64,000 bases of DNA from Minisyncoccota bacterium (GTDB lineage: Bacteria; Patescibacteriota; Minisyncoccia; Phycocordibacterales; XYD1-FULL-46-19). Under the pieces are notes generated by a model that was given only the letters and a program-made list of their open reading frames with translations, searched no databases and had not been told where the DNA came from. The DNA lies in the NCBI GenBank assembly GCA_041665625.1, contig JBAYIK010000001.1:68587-132586 (forward strand), written 5' to 3'. Within the stretch, counting starts at the first letter, position 1. Each line of letters opens with the position of its first letter. Below are positions 27,814-37,345 of this stretch, one piece after another. The position numbers and the translations under genes are program-made.

Positions 27814-28950
27814 ATGACGACACGAAGCTTTGCGTTTATTGCTCACTACGTGGAAGACTGGAACTGGCTCCTCAGGTGGTGCCTCTTCAGTCGACTCCAT
27901 ACCCACCCCGCCGAGCATTTCTACTGGAGCTGGTTGTGGCCGATTTATACGGTCGCAGCGCTCTTGGACATGATCGGCAAGAAATCGTTCGACGTCGTCG
28001 ATGATTTCGCCTTTGGTAAAAAGTTGCGGGGTCGGACAGTCCTTCTACGCAACTTCGCTTGGCAATTTTTCATCCCACAGTATCGGGATCGGATTCGGGA
28101 ACGGATTCTGAAAACGGTATTAGAAACCCAGAAATTCGTCGAGGTGATAGGGCTTGGAGCCCTCATCAAAGACGAGAGTCTGACTCGTGGCGGGGAGTGG
28201 ATTGTCGAGAAACTTGGTAGTCAGCTCAAGGTCCCAATTGTCCACGGTGACACCCTTACGGCTGCCACGGTCTTTGAACAGGTCATGGCTCTAAGAGAAA
28301 AAAGAGGGCTTGAAGCCGATGATCCCGTGATGGTTACAGGTTCGACGAGTAAGATAGGACGAGCCATTGTCCTGCTTCTTGCGGAGAAGGGAATTAAGGT
28401 GAAGATGTTCACTCTCAGTAACGATCGCTTCCTCGCGATAAAGACTGAGGCTGGCGCCAAGAGCGAGAACATTGAGTGGGCCTCGTCCCTCTCGGATGGC
28501 AAGTGTTGCCCGATCTGGGTGACAGGGAAATCAATTCCCCGTGGCCGAGACCTTTTGGACCTCATCCCTTACGAGGCTGATGTTCTAAACTTCGCGGTAC
28601 CGAATCCGCTGAACGTGTCTTGGAAAAAGACGCGGTCTGATCTGGTTTTCCATGAGGGAGGACTCTTGGCCTACAAGCCTGATACAACGAGTCTGCGCTT
28701 CACCATGAGACTTCGTCCTGGTCTCACTTACGCCTGCCACGCTGGAACAATGGTCCATGCCGCTATGGGCTGGACTCATCACGAAGTGGGCCAGGTCGAT
28801 ATCCCCCAGATTGAAGTGACCTGGAAGGCAGCCCTAGAACTGGGATTTTCCCTTCCTCCACTTGGCGAGCGCGAGCTAGTTGGGAACAAAATAGAAGGAG
28901 AGGTCAAACAGCTTAAGTCTGCCAAGAACTTCTTGTCCTGGTTTTTCTAA
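27814..28950 (+). CDS. NAD(P)-binding oxidoreductase resembling the cyanobacterial long-chain acyl-ACP reductase (AAR) family (tentative)
   Basis: AAGGAGA RBS then ATG 27814. SFAFIAH near the N-terminus (AAR begins MFGLIGH). HGDTLTAATV, Rossmann motif VMVTGSTSKIGRAIV (AAR: VAVVGATGDIGSAV) and MVHAAMGWTH (AAR: MLLEFEGWH) align by eye. Confidence 0.5.
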   Translation: MTTRSFAFIAHYVEDWNWLLRWCLFSRLHTHPAEHFYWSWLWPIYTVAALLDMIGKKSFDVVDDFAFGKKLRGRTVLLRNFAWQFFIPQYRDRIRERILKTVLETQKFVEVIGLGALIKDESLTRGGEWIVEKLGSQLKVPIVHGDTLTAATVFEQVMALREKRGLEADDPVMVTGSTSKIGRAIVLLLAEKGIKVKMFTLSNDRFLAIKTEAGAKSENIEWASSLSDGKCCPIWVTGKSIPRGRDLLDLIPYEADVLNFAVPNPLNVSWKKTRSDLVFHEGGLLAYKPDTTSLRFTMRLRPGLTYACHAGTMVHAAMGWTHHEVGQVDIPQIEVTWKAALELGFSLPPLGERELVGNKIEGEVKQLKSAKNFLSWFF

Positions 28951-28971
28951 ACAGGTCACCTCAGTAAACAG

Positions 28972-29025
28972 ATCCGGCTCTTCCATAACAACGTTTTGCG
29001 TTGCGGGGGGGCCGGATATTTTGTT
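28972..29025 (+). terminator. compound hairpin terminator closing GC-rich islet 3
   Basis: atccggc...gccggat outer stem with inner caacg-tttt-cgttg hairpin, followed by attttgtt. Confidence 0.5.
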
Positions 29026-29054
29026 ATAATAAAAAAGACTTTTTAAATCTATCT

Positions 29055-31220
29055 ATGGACATCACAACAATCTTACCTTTAGTCAGTGCTATCTTTGTTT
29101 TTGGTTTGGGTATTTTTGTTTTGCTAAAGAATACGAATTCTAGGTTGAATGTCACCTTTTTCCTTCACGCCATTGCTATTTCTTTTTGGCTTTTTGCTAC
29201 CTTTATGATGTTCCTTAACAAAGGGAATATTGATCAAATTGTCTTCTGGGATCGAATGGTTTATGTCGGGGTTGTTTTTATCCCCACTTTTATGTATCAC
29301 TTCTGTTTGGCCCTAACCAATCGTCCTAAAAATTTTGCCCTTTACCTGTCATATATTTTAGCTGTTTTCTTTTTAATCGTTAGTCAGACAGATTTTTTTG
29401 TCCGAGATATCTTTGTTTATCAATGGGGTGTCCACACTAAGGCTCAACTTTTCCACCATCTTTTCCTTGTTTATTTTGCCGTCTATGTTGTGGCTGGATT
29501 TACTATCATTTATTCATATTATCGACAAGAGGCAATCTCTTCTATTCGTCGGCAACAAATTAAGTATTCTTTTCTGGCATTTTTCTTTCTATTCACCATT
29601 GGGCCGTTAGCTTTTTTGCCCGCCTATGGTATCGGCATCTATCCTTTTGCTTATTTGTCGGGTGTTATTTTCGCTATCATTTTAAGTTATGCCATTCTTC
29701 GTTACAGGTTAATGAATATCCAGATTATTGCCCGAAAAATATTTATCTATGCCGGAGTTGCTGTTTTTGCCTATTTTGTTTTTTACTTGCTCTCTTGGGT
29801 CTACACAGAATTCTTGGGAGGAATTTTTACTTTGAAGAGCTATCTCTTCGGGATGGTTATTGCCCCAACCTTTGTTTTTCTTTTATATAAGACGGAGAAT
29901 GTCATCAGGTCTTTTGCGAATCAATATTTTTTCTTCGCTCTTTATAATTATCAAGAAACAATTAACCGTGTCTCTGGCCAACTAACTCACTATACCGACT
30001 TATCTAAAATCGACGGCTTGGTCTCGGACACCATTAAGGAATCTCTTGGCGTCACGCGAGTAGAGATAAATTTATTTGATAAAAATAGTCGCTCAGCAAA
30101 AAAGGATCCACTTATAAAATATTTGCAAACTAATCAACGGCCGGTCGTGTTGGAAGAGCTAAACCTTTTGGTTAATGACGAGAGACTAAAAGACCAGCGA
30201 GAAACTTTTAGTGCTGTTTACGAACAAGTTGAAAACTTGGGAGCGGCGATCTGTTTACCGATGGTCAGTAACGAGCGTCTGATTGGCATTATTATTCTTG
30301 GACCTAAAGTAATTGGCGATCCGTTTACTGTCGAAGACCTAGAATTGTTGATGACGCTTTCAAACCAAGCCGCGATTGCGATTGATAACGCTGAATTGTA
30401 CAAGGAGGTTAAGGACTTTAATAAAACACTCAAGCAAAAAGTTAATGAACAGACGATGAGCTTGCAAGATAAAACAAAAGTTTTGGAGGAGCAAGCGGAA
30501 CACTTAAAGAAACTGTTGGCTATGAGGTCAGAGTTCCTTGATATTGCTTCACACCAACTGAAGACACCAATCTCCGTTATTTCTGGCACCATCTCCATGT
30601 TTAAAGAGGGTTCGGTGCAAAAGATGCCTGTTGAGACACAGAATAAGTTAATTGATAATATTTACCAGAAGTCACTTAAGATTAGTCAGATTATTCGTGA
30701 TATTCTCCAGGCTTCTGAGTTTGATACCGAGAAATTTAGTTTTGTGGAAAAAAGAATCGTGCCCGTTGAACTCAACAAGCTACTGTCCGATGTCATGACG
30801 GACAACCAATCCTTTGCCGATGAGAAAAAACTTAAATTGGTCTTCACCCCCAATCCCGCTAACCCGCAAGTCAATTCTGACCCCGATTATCTCGAGCAAG
30901 CCTTCTTTAATTTGGTTGATAACGCTCTTAAATACACCAAGGAGGGTAAGGTCGAGGTGCTACTGGACGAAAATCCCCAAAGTATTATCATTAAGGTTAA
31001 AGATACTGGTGTCGGTATCCCCAAAGATGATCAGATAAGAATGTTTGGCAAGTTCGAGCGAGCAAAAAACGCTGTTGATATGTATACGGATGGTTCTGGC
31101 CTAGGCCTCTTTATCACTAAAGAAATTATCGAAGCCCACCCTGGTGGCACGGTCACTTTCGCTAGTGAGGAAGGTAAAGGCACTGAGTTCACAGTAATAA
31201 TTCCCAAAACTAAAAAATAA
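29055..31220 (+). CDS. multi-TM sensor histidine kinase with GAF domain
   Basis: ~8 N-terminal TM helices, GAF-like region (ICLPMVSNERLIGIIILGPK...), H-box ASHQLKTPISVI, HATPase_c (DNALKYT...GSGLGLFI); start at Met of MDITTIL (ORF-track 29001). Confidence 0.85.
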   Translation: MDITTILPLVSAIFVFGLGIFVLLKNTNSRLNVTFFLHAIAISFWLFATFMMFLNKGNIDQIVFWDRMVYVGVVFIPTFMYHFCLALTNRPKNFALYLSYILAVFFLIVSQTDFFVRDIFVYQWGVHTKAQLFHHLFLVYFAVYVVAGFTIIYSYYRQEAISSIRRQQIKYSFLAFFFLFTIGPLAFLPAYGIGIYPFAYLSGVIFAIILSYAILRYRLMNIQIIARKIFIYAGVAVFAYFVFYLLSWVYTEFLGGIFTLKSYLFGMVIAPTFVFLLYKTENVIRSFANQYFFFALYNYQETINRVSGQLTHYTDLSKIDGLVSDTIKESLGVTRVEINLFDKNSRSAKKDPLIKYLQTNQRPVVLEELNLLVNDERLKDQRETFSAVYEQVENLGAAICLPMVSNERLIGIIILGPKVIGDPFTVEDLELLMTLSNQAAIAIDNAELYKEVKDFNKTLKQKVNEQTMSLQDKTKVLEEQAEHLKKLLAMRSEFLDIASHQLKTPISVISGTISMFKEGSVQKMPVETQNKLIDNIYQKSLKISQIIRDILQASEFDTEKFSFVEKRIVPVELNKLLSDVMTDNQSFADEKKLKLVFTPNPANPQVNSDPDYLEQAFFNLVDNALKYTKEGKVEVLLDENPQSIIIKVKDTGVGIPKDDQIRMFGKFERAKNAVDMYTDGSGLGLFITKEIIEAHPGGTVTFASEEGKGTEFTVIIPKTKK

Positions 31221-31228
31221 TAAATATT

Positions 31229-31612
31229 ATGGCTGAAGAAATAAAACAAGTATTGATGATTGAGGATGATAAAGATCAGATATTTTTGTATAAATCAGCC
31301 TTTGATCTAATGAAAATCCCTAGTGTTATGGCGCTCGGTGGCGAGATTGGAGTTGAACAAGCCAAGAGATGGCTTCCTAAAGTCATTGTCTTAGATATCG
31401 TTATGGAGGGTATGGATGGTGAAGAAGTATTGAAACAATTAAAAACTGACCCCACCACTAAAGATATCCCAGTTATTGTCTTTACTAATCTCGACAAGAA
31501 ACCGGTTAAAGAAAAATTTATGGCTCTCGGTGCCACCGAGTTCTGGGGCAAGACTGAATTAATGCCAATGGCCTTAGCGGCTAAAGTTCAAGACTATTTT
31601 GATCGAAGGTAA
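31229..31612 (+). CDS. single-domain response regulator (REC only)
   Basis: Receiver-like fold with VIVLDIVMEGMDG phospho-acceptor context; 127 aa; 8 nt after the kinase gene. Confidence 0.7.
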   Translation: MAEEIKQVLMIEDDKDQIFLYKSAFDLMKIPSVMALGGEIGVEQAKRWLPKVIVLDIVMEGMDGEEVLKQLKTDPTTKDIPVIVFTNLDKKPVKEKFMALGATEFWGKTELMPMALAAKVQDYFDRR

Positions 31613-31615
31613 TTA

Positions 31616-32284
31616 TTAAGCTGGGCTTAAGAATTCAATAGTGTCATCAATTAACTCTTTTTCTTTTTCTTGCGTCTCAGCTGAGTGCCCCATGTCTTTT
31701 ATTTTTGCTACGTCAGAGTAAAGCAGTAGGCCAGCTATTTTGAGAGAGTTCTCAAGAAGAACATTTCTGTCTTTGGTACCGTGAATAATTTTCACGGGCA
31801 CTTTTATACTAGACAATAAATCTCTATCGACAGTTACTTCTAACAAGGAGCTAATCTCAGAAAAAAGAGTATCAATTTTTTCATTTAAGTTGCCTTTGTC
31901 GTCGGCGATACCTATAGCTGGAGCCCAGAGGACCATCTTGGTAATCTCAGGATAATTACGGGTCAGAAGAATTCCTCCACCAAAACTTTTACCGATAGCA
32001 AATATCTTAGTATAGCCTCCAGACTTTAAAAATTTGATAGCTTCATCAATATCCTCTTGAATTTGTCTAATATTTTTCTGCTCTAGTTCTTCGACGCTAT
32101 CCCAACTTTGGACACGAAGAAAATCCATACCTAATTTCAAACATTCGTCCGATAGTTGCTTATATTTATCAGAAAAAGCTTTACCGCTAACACCGGGGAT
32201 AAAAATAACGGCGGTGTTAGATTCCTCAGCACCCTTATCAAGGACAACCTTAGTTTTGCCATTAGCTAATGTTTTTATTTCCAT
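31616..32284 (-). CDS. alpha/beta-hydrolase fold protein (esterase/dienelactone hydrolase-like)
   Basis: GxSxG nucleophile elbow in AIGKSFGGG, FIPGVSG oxyanion region, C-terminal His in GHSAE. Confidence 0.65.
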   Translation of the reverse strand: MEIKTLANGKTKVVLDKGAEESNTAVIFIPGVSGKAFSDKYKQLSDECLKLGMDFLRVQSWDSVEELEQKNIRQIQEDIDEAIKFLKSGGYTKIFAIGKSFGGGILLTRNYPEITKMVLWAPAIGIADDKGNLNEKIDTLFSEISSLLEVTVDRDLLSSIKVPVKIIHGTKDRNVLLENSLKIAGLLLYSDVAKIKDMGHSAETQEKEKELIDDTIEFLSPA

Positions 32285-32356
32285 AAGTTAGATAATACCA
32301 TCAAGTCACTACTGTGGCGAGTTGAGATATGTCAGCTTTTCTATTATCATAGTTAG

Positions 32357-33811
32357 ATGTCAAGTAATCCAAATGAAAAAACAATTGAGAAGAAAATCAC
32401 CCCTAGGCTCGAGGATTATTCTCAGTGGTATTTGGACATAATCTCAGTCGCTGATCTCGCCGATTATGGTCCTGTCAAAGGAACAATGATAATTAAGCCC
32501 TATGGCTATGCCTTATGGGAAAAAACTCAAGAGATCCTAAACAAGAAGTTTAAGGAAACCGGAGTTCAGAATGCCTATTTCCCAATGCTTATTCCTGAGA
32601 AGCTTTTAAACCGAGAAAAAGACCATGTTGAGGGATTTGCTCCAGAAGTAGCAGTAGTAACTCACGCTGGCGGCAAAAAGCTTGAAGAGCCGTTGGTTGT
32701 TCGCCCAACGTCTGAGACAATAATGTATGATACTTTTTCTAAGTGGATTCAATCATACCGCGATTTACCTCTTTTGATTAATCAATGGGCCAATGTTGTT
32801 AGGTGGGAAATGCGCCCTCGATTATTCTTGCGAACAACGGAATTTCTTTGGCAAGAAGGACACACTGTTCACGAAACAGAAAAAGAAGCCGACGATCGTG
32901 CTCGAATGATGCTTGATATATATCGAGACTTTGCTGAAAACTATATGGCAATACCGGTTATCCCCGGAGTTAAGTCTGAATCGGAGAAGTTTGCTGGAGC
33001 TCTTCGGACCTACTCTGTCGAGGCAATGATGCAGGATGGGAAAGCCCTGCAATATGCCACCTCTCATAATCTGGGGCAAAATTTCTCAAAGGCATTTGGT
33101 GTCAAATTTATCGATCAAGAGAACGTTGAACAATTTGGTTGGCAAACTAGCTGGGGTTTGAGTACCAGGACAATTGGAGGGCTAATTATGACCCATAGCG
33201 ACGATAAGGGTTTAGTCCTGCCCCCTGAGGTAGCCTCTATTCAGGTCATTATTACTACGATTCTTCCTTCTGAAGAGGAGGGAAAGAAGGTCAACAAGAG
33301 GGCAGAAGAGCTCAGTACCCTTCTAAAGTCTAAAGGAGTCAGATCAAGCGTTGACCCCAGAGATATTCGTCCAGGGGAAAAATATTTTGAGTGGGAAAAG
33401 AAGGGTGTCCCGATAAGAATTGAGCTCGGTCCTAAAGATATTGCTAGTGATTCGGCCATCCTTGTTCGTCGTGATACAGGAGAGAAGATTAAGACATCTT
33501 TAGATAAAATTGATGAGGCTGTTGGCTCGTTACTGAAGGAAATTCAACAAAATTTATACAATAAAGCCCTGGAATATCAAAAAGCTAAAACAAAAACTGT
33601 TGATACTTGGGAGGATTTTGTAAAGGCGATAGATGAAGGAAACTTTGTTTTAGCTCATTGGTCTGGCGAAAAGGAAGACGAAGCAAAAATAAAAGAAGAG
33701 ACTGGGGCGACAATCAGATGTATCCCGTTTAGCCAAGAAAAAGAATCTGGTAAGTGCATAAAGTCCGGCAAACCCTCTTCTGGCCGAGTTATTTTTGCTA
33801 AGGCCTACTAA
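32357..33811 (+). CDS. proS: proline--tRNA ligase, archaeal/eukaryotic type
   Basis: Class II motifs, N-terminus ITPRLEDYSQWYLDI..ADLADYGPVKGTMIIKPYGYALWE typical of archaeal-type ProRS, C-terminal zinc-binding-like domain. Confidence 0.9.
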   Translation: MSSNPNEKTIEKKITPRLEDYSQWYLDIISVADLADYGPVKGTMIIKPYGYALWEKTQEILNKKFKETGVQNAYFPMLIPEKLLNREKDHVEGFAPEVAVVTHAGGKKLEEPLVVRPTSETIMYDTFSKWIQSYRDLPLLINQWANVVRWEMRPRLFLRTTEFLWQEGHTVHETEKEADDRARMMLDIYRDFAENYMAIPVIPGVKSESEKFAGALRTYSVEAMMQDGKALQYATSHNLGQNFSKAFGVKFIDQENVEQFGWQTSWGLSTRTIGGLIMTHSDDKGLVLPPEVASIQVIITTILPSEEEGKKVNKRAEELSTLLKSKGVRSSVDPRDIRPGEKYFEWEKKGVPIRIELGPKDIASDSAILVRRDTGEKIKTSLDKIDEAVGSLLKEIQQNLYNKALEYQKAKTKTVDTWEDFVKAIDEGNFVLAHWSGEKEDEAKIKEETGATIRCIPFSQEKESGKCIKSGKPSSGRVIFAKAY

Positions 33812-33889
33812 TATTTATGATCTCTCTCGGTCATTTTTTACAAAAAATATGGACTTGTTTCTCTTGTTGTCTCGTGTTATCTTAATGTA

Positions 33890-35041
33890 ATGACTATGGG
33901 ACCCTACGAGGCAAAAAAGATCGGGAATAGAAAAGTGGTCTCCTATGTTGGAAACAAAATTTTTCCAAAGATAGATGATGTAACCTTAAAGGAATTTAAT
34001 CAGCAGACCGTTGAGGCCCATTTTTATGAATTAGGCAAGTCAGATTATTTTTATCATCTCCACAAAATCGATAGCGGGATATTTCTTGCTTGCGTTGAGT
34101 ACTTCAAGAGGATTGGGGCTGAATGGTGTAATTTACCACTAACAACGTTAATGATTTCTTCTCCTGGGGAAGTTTATGCCGGTAAAAATCTCGATTACAC
34201 TACTGACGCCTTGCCTGTCAAATTAAAATGGTTTGACAATCAGAGAGAGATTTTTTTATCAGAAAGTTCTCAATTTTATTTGGAATTACAACTTGTCGTT
34301 GAAAAAATTGACAGAGTTTTTTCGATTTATAATTCTTTTCGTAAAGAAAAGACTGACTATTGCCATCTGTCAGAATTCCAGCATGTAGAGTTCGAAGGTA
34401 AAATTAAACTAGACGAAAATGTTAAGATTGCTAAAGACTTATTAAAATACGTCACTGATTACTTACTAAAAAATAACAGAGATAACTTATCTTTTTTCCT
34501 TGAGGATAACGACCTCGTTGCGATGAAAACGGCAATGGCAGATTCAAGTTTTAAAGAAATGACACTAAAAGAGGCCTTAGCTCTTCTTTATAAAGATACT
34601 GGGGATGAAGAATACAAAGAGTTTTCCCTTAAAAATTTTGGGTCATGGGAAGAGGTCAGAGTGACTAACATTGCCGGGGCTAATGTTATTCTTAAAGAAT
34701 TCCCCATGTTAGAAATCCCTTTTTATCATAATGAGCTTAAAAAAGATGAAAATGGGGTAACTCTAACGCAAAATGCCGATATTATCTTAAACGGCTTTAG
34801 GGAAACAATTGGTGCGGGGCAACGAATTAAAGATATTGAGATATTAAAAAATAAAGCTAAGGTTTTTAATTTACCATTGGACGATTACGAACCTTATCTC
34901 AAGATGAGGGAGCTAGAGAACTACCAAGAGACCTCGGGCTTTGGTATGGGTTGGCAAAGGTATGTACAGTGGCTTTTAAAATTACCATATATCTGGGAGG
35001 CCACCTATGTACCAAGAAGTCACTTAATTCCTAAACCATAA
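33890..35041 (+). CDS. class II aaRS-like catalytic-domain protein, AsnA (aspartate--ammonia ligase)-like
   Basis: No anticodon-binding domain; motif-3-like C-terminus SGFGMGWQRYVQWLLKLPYI resembles AsnA GGGIGQSRLTMLLLQLPHI. Confidence 0.55.
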   Translation: MTMGPYEAKKIGNRKVVSYVGNKIFPKIDDVTLKEFNQQTVEAHFYELGKSDYFYHLHKIDSGIFLACVEYFKRIGAEWCNLPLTTLMISSPGEVYAGKNLDYTTDALPVKLKWFDNQREIFLSESSQFYLELQLVVEKIDRVFSIYNSFRKEKTDYCHLSEFQHVEFEGKIKLDENVKIAKDLLKYVTDYLLKNNRDNLSFFLEDNDLVAMKTAMADSSFKEMTLKEALALLYKDTGDEEYKEFSLKNFGSWEEVRVTNIAGANVILKEFPMLEIPFYHNELKKDENGVTLTQNADIILNGFRETIGAGQRIKDIEILKNKAKVFNLPLDDYEPYLKMRELENYQETSGFGMGWQRYVQWLLKLPYIWEATYVPRSHLIPKP

Positions 35042-35066
35042 TTAATAGATAAAAATAAAACTGAAG

Positions 35067-35900
35067 ATGAATAAAAAAGAATTTAAAAACTTTTTTGTAG
35101 ACTACGCCCAAAATGTTGATAAAGCGAATAACAGTTTTTTCTGGCGCTTGTCGGACGACTTAATAATGTCAATTATTAAGGATAATATACCAAAGGACCT
35201 CGGCCGAGAGAAAATTATTTTTGATGCCGGAGGAGGAACTGGTCGCTGGGTTTGTATGATGAGCAGTATCTTTAAGGCTAATTTTATTGTTTATGATTTG
35301 TCGGAAGAAATGCTTACTAAGGCTAACCATAATATTAAGGTCCAAAAAATTGAGGAGCGCGTTAAGCTTCTTAGGGGAGATCTTATTGATATTAAAAAAA
35401 TGAAGGATGAGTCCGTCGATTATGTTACTAGTATCTACAGCCCCATTAGTTTTATAGACAAACCAGAAAAGATGGCTAGGGAAATTCATAGGATCTTAAA
35501 GAAAGGGGGTAAGGCCATTATTATGGGCCATAGTTTCTACAATGCTCTCGCTTCAAAAATTAATAATTCCGCCAGTCTTAAAGATTTACGTCTTCTGGAG
35601 AAAGAGGCTAAAGTTAAATGGGCTTCTCATGTGCCCCAATTAAATACTTTTTCTAAAGAGACGATGGAAGGATTATTTAAAAAAGTTGGCTTTAAGATTG
35701 TAAAAACCCACGGAGTCCCTGTCTTTGTCCAACCAGGACCTGAGGATTGGGATCCGGAGAATAAAAAAGTGAGTAATATTTCTAAGGCTTTGTCTGACAA
35801 AAAATTCTACACAGAAGTCTTTAATTTAGAGAAAAAATATAATCATTTAGAAAATATTGCTAATCGCGGGATGAACATAATCAGCGTCTTCCAGAAATAG
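35067..35900 (+). CDS. class I SAM-dependent methyltransferase
   Basis: Motif I IIFDAGGGTGRW, acidic motif II YDLSEEM, Rossmann-fold layout. Confidence 0.75.
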   Translation: MNKKEFKNFFVDYAQNVDKANNSFFWRLSDDLIMSIIKDNIPKDLGREKIIFDAGGGTGRWVCMMSSIFKANFIVYDLSEEMLTKANHNIKVQKIEERVKLLRGDLIDIKKMKDESVDYVTSIYSPISFIDKPEKMAREIHRILKKGGKAIIMGHSFYNALASKINNSASLKDLRLLEKEAKVKWASHVPQLNTFSKETMEGLFKKVGFKIVKTHGVPVFVQPGPEDWDPENKKVSNISKALSDKKFYTEVFNLEKKYNHLENIANRGMNIISVFQK

Positions 35901-35950
35901 TTAAGAAATCCCCCTGGCCTTGTGGACCAGGGGGATGTGAGCAGAAAGAA

Positions 35951-37261
35951 CTACTGATGGACAGGGTAGAGGATTGTCTCACGGATATCCCGTGGCAAGT
36001 CGCCCATAAAAGTCATGAAAAGCCTATTCATGGAAAGTCCAAAGCCAGAGACAAGGGGCATCCCCATTTCAAGAACGGCCAAGAACTCTTCGTTTATCGG
36101 AGAACCGTTCTTTTTTGACTGTTCAGACAGCACAAGACGAATCTTTTTGGGGTCACTCTCGTCGCATCCAATCGTGGCGATATTCATCCCTTGCGAGATA
36201 AGTATGGCCCCTTCTGACCTTTCTGGGTTATCCTCTACTGATCGGGTAAAAGGGAACATTGCTGACGGAAGGTCCGTAACGAAGGTCGGGTTCATTACGC
36301 CAGGGGTAACCAGTTTGCTTAGAAGTTTGTGGATCCAAGTAAAGTTTGGCATCCCGTCAGTAAATGTATCAGGGAAGACTTTCCTCAAACGTTCAAGGCT
36401 CGGTGCTTCGTCTAGTCCTAGCCAGTTCTGGCAAACTTCGTCAAAACTCACAGCGGTAAAGGGCTCATTGTAATCAACTGTGACAAGGGAGCCCCCTTTC
36501 TTGTACTGGACAAGACCGTCTCCTGTTACCTTCAAGATCACGTCTCTAACAAGAGACTCAACCAAAGAGAGTGTCTCACTGTATCCGTGGGCTGTTGAGT
36601 ACGCTTCAAGCAGAGTAAACTCTGGAGAATGCAGTTTATCTACACCCTCATTCCTGAACGATTGAGAAATCTCATACACCTGCCTGAACCCTGAGGCGAG
36701 AAGCCTCTTTAGCTTTAGCTCGCTAGTTAGACTTAGGCTCATTACTCTTCCGTTGGCAAAGCACAAGGTCTCGAATGGTCGAGCTAGGCCTCCCTCAAAT
36801 ACTCTTTGGAGAATGCCAGTGTTGAACTCTCGAAAGCCCTTGGATTGCAAGAAGTTTCTCGTGGAGCTTGTCGCCTCTGATATCTGAGAAAAGAAAGAGA
36901 AAGACTCCCAATTCCTCGTCAGATCGAGAGACCGACTCCTGTAACGTTCTGGGCCTGACGACTTTTCTTCAAATAGACCCTCTGGACACTCGTAATTCAC
37001 CTCCAGGCTGTTGACAAAAATCGAGTGTTCCCCAGACTTCGTCATTCCTTTTTCCCCGGAAAAAGAGAATAGGCTTCCAAGCCTTAAATTCCCCAAATCC
37101 TTGAAGTTGCCCAGTTTTTCTGGAGAAAGAACGATTTGGACATCCATTTCCAGAAACCTGACAACCCAGAACATTATTTTCCCCAGGTTGCGTTTTTTTA
37201 ACAGTCGGGCTTGACCAGAAAAAGCTTGTCCATTAACAGTGGACTTAAGATTTCTATCCAT
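35951..37261 (-). CDS. lysS: lysine--tRNA ligase (class II), compact form
   Basis: N-terminal OB-fold anticodon-binding region; motif 2 SFRNEGVDKLHSPEFTLLEAY; motif 3 GFGLSMNRLFMTFMG. Confidence 0.75.
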   Translation of the reverse strand: MDRNLKSTVNGQAFSGQARLLKKRNLGKIMFWVVRFLEMDVQIVLSPEKLGNFKDLGNLRLGSLFSFSGEKGMTKSGEHSIFVNSLEVNYECPEGLFEEKSSGPERYRSRSLDLTRNWESFSFFSQISEATSSTRNFLQSKGFREFNTGILQRVFEGGLARPFETLCFANGRVMSLSLTSELKLKRLLASGFRQVYEISQSFRNEGVDKLHSPEFTLLEAYSTAHGYSETLSLVESLVRDVILKVTGDGLVQYKKGGSLVTVDYNEPFTAVSFDEVCQNWLGLDEAPSLERLRKVFPDTFTDGMPNFTWIHKLLSKLVTPGVMNPTFVTDLPSAMFPFTRSVEDNPERSEGAILISQGMNIATIGCDESDPKKIRLVLSEQSKKNGSPINEEFLAVLEMGMPLVSGFGLSMNRLFMTFMGDLPRDIRETILYPVHQ

Positions 37262-37345
37262 TTTCCACCTCCTTGTAAAAGACCAGAGATTAGACCTCCC
37301 AAACTCTTCGGAAGATACTCTGTCTAAAATTGTACCATACCTTTT

